DNA from: Octopus vulgaris
Taxonomy: Eukaryota
Reading direction: 5' to 3'
Length of the DNA stretch: 64,000 nucleotides
NCBI GenBank assembly: GCA_951406725.2
Contig: OX597819.1
Span: 64,170,001 to 64,234,000, forward strand
Numbering within the stretch: the stretch's first letter is position 1; every line of letters begins with the position of its first letter. Shown here in pieces: positions 56,895 to 64,000 of the stretch. Below the pieces are notes generated by a model that was given only the letters and a program-made list of their open reading frames with translations, had not been told where the DNA came from and ran no database searches. The translations under genes were made by a program, and so were the position numbers.

Positions 56895-57008
56895 AAAAAA
56901 TACCCTGTTTTTGATGTTGAAATTTCATTGAAGAAGCTTTGTGTCTAAGCTAGAAACCGGCTCTTCTATTTGCAAGAAATCTTGAAAGGAAGCTGGACAT
57001 AAATATCT
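56895..57008 (+). repeat. Short insert in (TACA)n with HHR-like motif
   Basis: TTGAAGA-AGCTT(TGTGTCT)AAGCT-A-GAAA-CCGG-CTC (56928-56963). No convincing stem I. Confidence 0.35.
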
Positions 57009-57075
57009 ACATACATACATACATACATACATACATACATACATACATACATACATACATACATACATACATACA

Positions 57076-57440
57076 CTGTGAACAGTTGTCGAAATCAGCT
57101 ACCTAGCGGATGTTAACATAAAGCTGAAGATCAGTGAAAAAGAGAACACCTATGCTGAGCTATTGAGAATTCTGCAGTTACTCTATCCAGATTACAAGTT
57201 CAGGTCTATACCTGAAATTATTTGGACTCGAGGATATATAACACACTGGCTAAATACCAATCTTGAGAAATTGGCTGCGCAAAACCAGAAAGAAGAAAGA
57301 TGATTCAAAGACGACAGATCCAAGCCATCACTGGAACTGTAAAAATCATAAAACTTTTCAGAAGTTTATTGTTTAAGTATATATGAGAATGTCTAGATAG
57401 GCAAGATCATGTATGAGTAGACGAACATTCAACAAAACTT
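57076..57440 (+). mobile_element. RLE-type (R4-like) LINE 3' fragment after (TACA)n
   Basis: TVVEISYLADVNIKLKISEKENTYAELLRILQLLYPDYKFRSIPEII..QIQAITGTVKI resembles a restriction-like endonuclease C-terminus. Confidence 0.7.
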
Positions 57441-57627
57441 ATAAATCTGCACATATACATACATTCATACATGCATAAATATATGCACACACAAACACAC
57501 ATATATATGTGTATGTGTTTGTATGTGTGTGTGTGTGTGTGTGTCTATATATATATATGTGTGTGTTTGTGCAGGTGTCTATGTGTGCGTGTGTGTGTAT
57601 ATATAAATATACATATATAAGGATATA

Positions 57628-58005
57628 CTTTTTTCTCTTTACTCTTTTACTTCTTTCAGTCATGTGACTGTGCCCATGCTAGAGCACCGCCTTTAGTCGA
57701 GCAAATCGACCCCAAGACTTATTCTTTGTAAGCCTAGTACTTATTCTATCAGTCTCTTTTGATGAACCGCTAAGTTACGGAGACGTAACCACACCACCAT
57801 CTGTTTTCAAGTGATGTTGGGAGGACAAACACATACGCGCAAACATATATATATATATACATACATATATACCACGGGCTTCTTTCAGTTTCCGTTTACT
57901 AAATCCACTCACAAGGCTTTGGTCGGCTCGAGGCTATAGTAGAATATATTTGCCCAAGTTGTCACGCTGTGAGACTGAACCCGGAACAATGTGGTTCATA
58001 AGCAA
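57628..58005 (-). mobile_element. SINE family A
   Basis: Reverse complement of 6720-7181. Confidence 0.9.
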
Positions 58006-58770
58006 AGGATATAGATACATTCACTCTTCATATATCACATTTTAACATTATTTGTCAAGTTTTAGTGAAACAGTGAGTGTCCTTACTTTCGGTTGGGTAG
58101 AATATATTGAAATACAAAACAGAAAAGAAACTGAAAATTAACATCATACACATCTTCTCTATTTACATTTATGTAATCTAAGTAACAAACACATATCGCC
58201 AATATTTCCTGTAGAAAATCCAAATAATTGAAAACACTCACGCGTATATGATTTATTATCTTGCTATGATTTCTTCCACAGATACGTAACTCATTACTTA
58301 TAATAAGAACTAACATCGCAAGTCATAATTCTTTAAATGTCTTTAACGTGATCTGTCATTTTCACTAATATAAATGAATAAACTTGGAGAATATGTTATT
58401 TTTACTATTCAAAACAGATCTATTGTGAGGATATGTATGAACGTACGTACGTACGTATGTATGAACGTAATTGTGTATATGTGTGTATGTTTGTATATTA
58501 GTGTGCATATATATATGTATGCATATGTGTGTGTGTAAGTCAAGTATATGCATATGCTTGTGTGTTTGTGAGTGTGTGTGTATTTCCCATTATATTTTCG
58601 CTGAGACTTTTTAATATCAATACATATTCTGTTGCTTCCATCTGTGAATGATCGATTTAATCAATTTCATTTAATACGAATTATACACAGGTAAATACAT
58701 ACATGCATACATCCATACATATGCATACACGTATGCATTCATATATATTCACATATTGTCTATATATATG

Positions 58771-58834
<64 letters not shown>

Positions 58835-58839
58835 TGTGC

Positions 58840-58888
<49 letters not shown>

Positions 58889-58924
58889 TCCGCATAGTAA
58901 AGTTTTACTTCTCAACTTCAGTAG

Positions 58925-59045
58925 TCGTGGTTCCGCCCCAACGCCCACCACTTGGCACATTGGGCAAATATTTTTTTGCTAAAGCCCCGGCTCGAGTACA
59001 GATTTGAGAGTTGATTTCTGAGGCGGAACTCCAAAGCGCTCCATC

Positions 59046-59047
<2 letters not shown>
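58925..59047 (+). mobile_element. SINE family A, very degenerate 5' half
   Basis: GTGGTTCCG..TGGCACATTGGGCAAAT..CCATCGTATATA follows the family A head layout. Confidence 0.55.
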
Positions 59048-59084
<37 letters not shown>

Positions 59085-59165
59085 GGAGTAAACACAAAAA
59101 ATGTGAATCAAGGTGGGAAAAAGAGTACTCAAATACCAGTGGTAGAGTAATATGCTTTAAATAAA

Positions 59166-59196
<31 letters not shown>

Positions 59197-59200
<4 letters not shown>

Positions 59201-59602
59201 ATGGAACGTTGATAGGTAAAGTTCCTTCTTTTTAGTGTTTCCAAATCCAAATTAAGAAATCTTGAGCTGACGAAAGAAATGCTGATTTTATTTGGCTAAT
59301 CTTGAAACGTTGACGTACTCAAACGATCTATGTACTTGTGATATTTTTCTGTATTTACCCCCAAACCTTCGTGAGCTGTCTGGAGTAAACATTATCTGAG
59401 AGAAATTTTCTTTAAGTAGTAGAAATGCTAAGAAAAAAATTTTTTTGGCTGCTATTTCTACTAAGTTCAGTATGTGGCAAAGTAATTTATTTTACTAAGC
59501 CCTAATTATATAATGTAATATTTTGAATTCGCCTTAAATGGTCCTTTTACATACTGAACACTTGGTGAAATTGATTAATTAATTAATTTTACCCTCAGTT
59601 GT

Positions 59603-59605
<3 letters not shown>
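59197..59605 (+). mobile_element. Solo pLTR or retrozyme-like monomer (about 410 bp) between (TA)n runs
   Basis: Contains an HHR. Ends CTTGGTGAAATTGATTAATTAATTAATTTTACCCTCAGTTGTTG-(AT)n, the same tail type as 21760-21820. Confidence 0.8.
59262..59322 (+). ncRNA. Type I hammerhead ribozyme
   Basis: TTGAG-CTGACGA-AAGA..TCTT-GAAA-CGTTGACG-TA^CTCAA. Perfect 5 bp stem I, all core nucleotides intact, GUA triplet, predicted cut after 59317. Confidence 0.85.
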
Positions 59606-59644
<39 letters not shown>

Positions 59645-59649
<5 letters not shown>

Positions 59650-60338
59650 TTTAACAATTAAGGATAACCTCTTAATAAGGAATCTTAACAAGAAATTATC
59701 GGGTAGTTAGCGTGAAAACCTCATAAAAGAAAAGAATTCGAAAATAATTTTTTTCTTTTGAACAAATTAATTATATCTATATTGTATAGAGGGCATTATT
59801 ACACATAAATGCCTCACACTAAGAGGGACTAAGTCATTACTACCAAAATTATACTAATCATACCCAAATGCAGTTTTTCAAAGCAAGACATTTAAAAAAA
59901 TGAATTTAGTTCTGTATCACCGTGAATTCACATTCAACTTGCGTCTTATGATCCTCAGCAGAACTGATTCTGAACACATCATAAATAAACTACCAACCTT
60001 ACGGAGCGAAGACGACCAGACAACTGATCACTCCGGCCAAGCACATGGAATGTTTATAAATCATATATCCGGTAAATGGCGGGCTTTTTACGAACTGCAT
60101 GTCGGGTAATAAAAAGTATTTCGGAATAAGTTTAACAATTAAGGATAACCTCTTAATAAGGAATCTTAAAAAGAAATTATCGGGTAGTTAGCGTGAAAAC
60201 CTCATAAAAGAAAAGAATTCGAAAATATTTTTTTCTTTTGAACAAATTAATTATATCTATATTGTATAGAGGGCATTATTACACATAAATGCCTCACACT
60301 AAGAGGGACTAAGTCATTACTACCAAAATTATACTAAT
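59645..60338 (-). mobile_element. HHR-containing partial tandem element, period 481 bp
   Basis: Near-identical direct repeats at 59645-59858 / 60126-60338. Abuts (TA)n. Confidence 0.85.
59908..59965 (-). ncRNA. Type I hammerhead motif with core substitution
   Basis: AGTTCTG-CTGAGGA-TCAT..ATGT-GAAT-TCACGGTGA-TA^CAGAACT. Perfect 7 bp stem I. GAAA reads GAAT and the first stem II pair is mismatched. Confidence 0.7.
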
Positions 60339-60339
60339 T

Positions 60340-60626
60340 CGTAATTATTTTATCGACTTTGATGAAACTTGACACGTGAATACAATTCATGTCTGGGAAC
60401 CTCATGGCATACTGAAATTGTTGAAAAGATCGATAATAGGGCCCCTGGAAGGGATCATTATATATATAGAGCGAACGCAAATAACCAATTCATTTTATTA
60501 AATTATTTGATAAAAATGAAATTGAGTATGCTTATTTCTCACTGTCAGATCTTACTGTATGAGTTATTTTCGCAATTTACCCAGTACAACCCTTAATATA
60601 AACAGACAGACAGACACACATTCTCA

Positions 60627-60645
<19 letters not shown>
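60340..60645 (-). mobile_element. Helitron-like non-autonomous fragment
   Basis: Minus strand starts (TA)n-AAACTGAGAATGTGTGTCTGTCTGTCTG. Contains TGATGAAACTTGACAC, shared with 4205-4584. Confidence 0.5.
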
Positions 60646-60661
<16 letters not shown>

Positions 60662-60859
60662 GAAACGCTGCCATCTATTTGTAAATTCCTTTCCGTGATG
60701 TAAATACTTAAATGTAGATGCACATATCGGACATATGTAGATGCCAGCTTATCGGACTTGCCTTTTGTATATGTTTGCCCATGGGACATGTCCTCTGGGC
60801 AGTACATATACGGGACGTGTTTGTTTTCGTTTGGTTTCCCTGTATATGTCACCACTGTC

Positions 60860-61115
60860 ATGCTTTTTCCTAACTTTGACCCTCTATAAATCCTAAATTT
60901 TGTTTTAGAATTTATGGAAGCAACTCTAATTGAGCACCAATATTAAGTCATTGAATCGTCGAAATGAGGATTAAGTAGACAGCCGACGCCTTCTGAAGGG
61001 TCCTTTGACTGTGTTTACTTGTCCTGTTTTCCATTTTCGTTCTCGTTGTTTACGTATTTCGTGTTATTTGCACTGTTGTTGACATCCTTTACCCATAATT
61101 GCATGTATACATACA
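60860..61115 (+). mobile_element. Repeat family B-related copy
   Basis: TCGAAATGAGGATTAAGTAGACAGCCGAC..CTGAAGGG aligns with the reverse complement of 62857-62905. Confidence 0.6.
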
Positions 61116-61277
61116 CATATGTTTATTTATTATGTGTTTAGTTATGTGTTAAAATCACAAGCGAAACCCCATAGCAATAGAAAGTTATACAATAGAATAT
61201 CACAACGTGTTTGTACTTGCGCCACAAAAGAGAGAAAAAAAATCAGGAAAATACAATTATTATTCTTATCATTAAAA

Positions 61278-62345
<1,068 letters not shown>

Positions 62346-62407
62346 GTAAAGATTGAGGAAAGAACCTCTCCCCAAAATATCTTAACTGTATCAAGGAATT
62401 TCCAAAA

Positions 62408-62485
<78 letters not shown>

Positions 62486-62525
62486 ATATATATATATTTA
62501 TGTATAATATATATATATATGTATG

Positions 62526-62558
<33 letters not shown>

Positions 62559-62663
62559 AATATATATGTATATATATATATATATATCATAATAATATAG
62601 AAATATATGTGTGTATATATCATAAAAATAAAAATATAAACATATATATGTATATATGTATAT

Positions 62664-62724
<61 letters not shown>

Positions 62725-62779
62725 AGTGTATATATGCATTCATGGGTACAGGATGTCACCAACTGTGTAAACAATATTT

Positions 62780-63330
62780 AGTATGAAAGCAAATGAGTTA
62801 AATACGCAAACAACGAGAAGAAAAAATGGAAAGCATGAAAAGTAACACAAAGAACAACCCTTTATCAGTTGTCGGCTGCCTATTTACCCCTCGTTTCGAA
62901 CATTCGGCAATAATATGAGAATTTGAGGACAGTTACTCCCATATATTCCAAAATGAAACTTTGTATTTATGGAGGATCAAAACAGGACAGTGATAACATA
63001 CAAGGAAAAACCAACGACAACAGACATGAATAGTCGTTAGACCAGACTAAGAGGAAAATACTGAACACCGGGAAGAATATTTTCTTTGAAACAAGAAAAG
63101 ATAGAAGGCAGAAATAGAACGTTATGCAGGAAAAGAAAGATGCTCGCGTGAGGAAAAGAAAGATGGACAATGTTCACGTGTGAGCAACGAGAGAGAGAAG
63201 AAGAGAAAGAGGAGAGAGAGAAAGGGACAGATAGAAAACAATATAAATTAGAATTGCATCAAAAAGGTCAAGATAAACTTACTTGGGAATGGCTGCGTGG
63301 TGTTCAATTAAGTAATAATAATGATATAAA
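62780..63330 (-). mobile_element. Repeat family B-related copy and tail fragment
   Basis: Minus strand reads TTCGAAACGAGGGGTAAATAGGCAGCCGACAACTGATAAAGGG. 63275-63310 is the reverse complement of 34617-34650. Confidence 0.6.
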
Positions 63331-63344
63331 AATATATGTATATT

Positions 63345-63380
<36 letters not shown>

Positions 63381-63537
63381 TGTAAGTGTTTATATATGTA
63401 TTTATGTATGTAGGTTCCTATGTCTATGTATGTATGTATGTATGTATGTATATATACATACATATATATGTATATATCTATCTATCTCTTTATGTATATA
63501 TGGATGGATGTATCTATCAATATATATATATATATAT

Positions 63538-63581
<44 letters not shown>

Positions 63582-63921
63582 AAAAAAACAAAAGACGAAG
63601 ACAGGTGGTGTAGAAAACAAAGAGAAACACTCCCAGACCCTCGGGAATTGTTGTATATATATTTAGTCCCTCTCCTCTTCTCCTATCTCAATCTCTAGTT
63701 ATATGATTATATTTACAAATGTATATAATATAAGGTATTTTTCATATATCTCTTTACATGGTTTCAAAAATACGTACACATTGGTAGATTCATAAAAGCA
63801 TGCTAACGCACTCATTCACGCAAAAGTGTCGTATACTTATTTATATATATCACTCTGAATGTTTATATACATACATATATATATATATATATGTGTGTCT
63901 GTGTGTGTGTGTATGTGTATG

Positions 63922-63971
<50 letters not shown>

Positions 63972-64000
63972 TAGATACATATACAAAGGCACGCTTTTCT

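Overview
This is AT-rich, microsatellite-dense eukaryotic DNA. Its SINE, LINE and simple-repeat content is what I associate with coleoid cephalopod (octopus-like) genomes; that assignment is an inference, not a database result. No intact host protein-coding gene is recognisable, and nearly all supplied ORFs are translated (TA)n, (CA)n, (TATC)n or trinucleotide repeats. The window holds three tRNA-derived SINE families, three mariner remnants, Helitron-type elements, 3' fragments of Tx1-, R4/Dong-, RTE- and CR1-like LINEs, and degraded Penelope-like (PLE) coding remnants. The main signal is a population of short non-coding elements anchored in microsatellites. They carry type I hammerhead ribozyme (HHR) motifs that I folded by hand: 21074-21150(-), 27287-27324(+), 29375-29420(+), 41514-41607(-)/41965-42058(+), 59262-59322(+) and 59908-59965(-), plus decayed copies. 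They occur as 480-500 bp partial tandem units and as long inverted repeats or hairpins (eight in the window, nine with the TAA-anchored pair at 28149-29513). This looks like a diverse PLE pLTR or retrozyme-like system of several unrelated sequence families. One candidate minus-strand exon (14759-14987) and a few enhancer- or promoter-like unique segments are weak leads.
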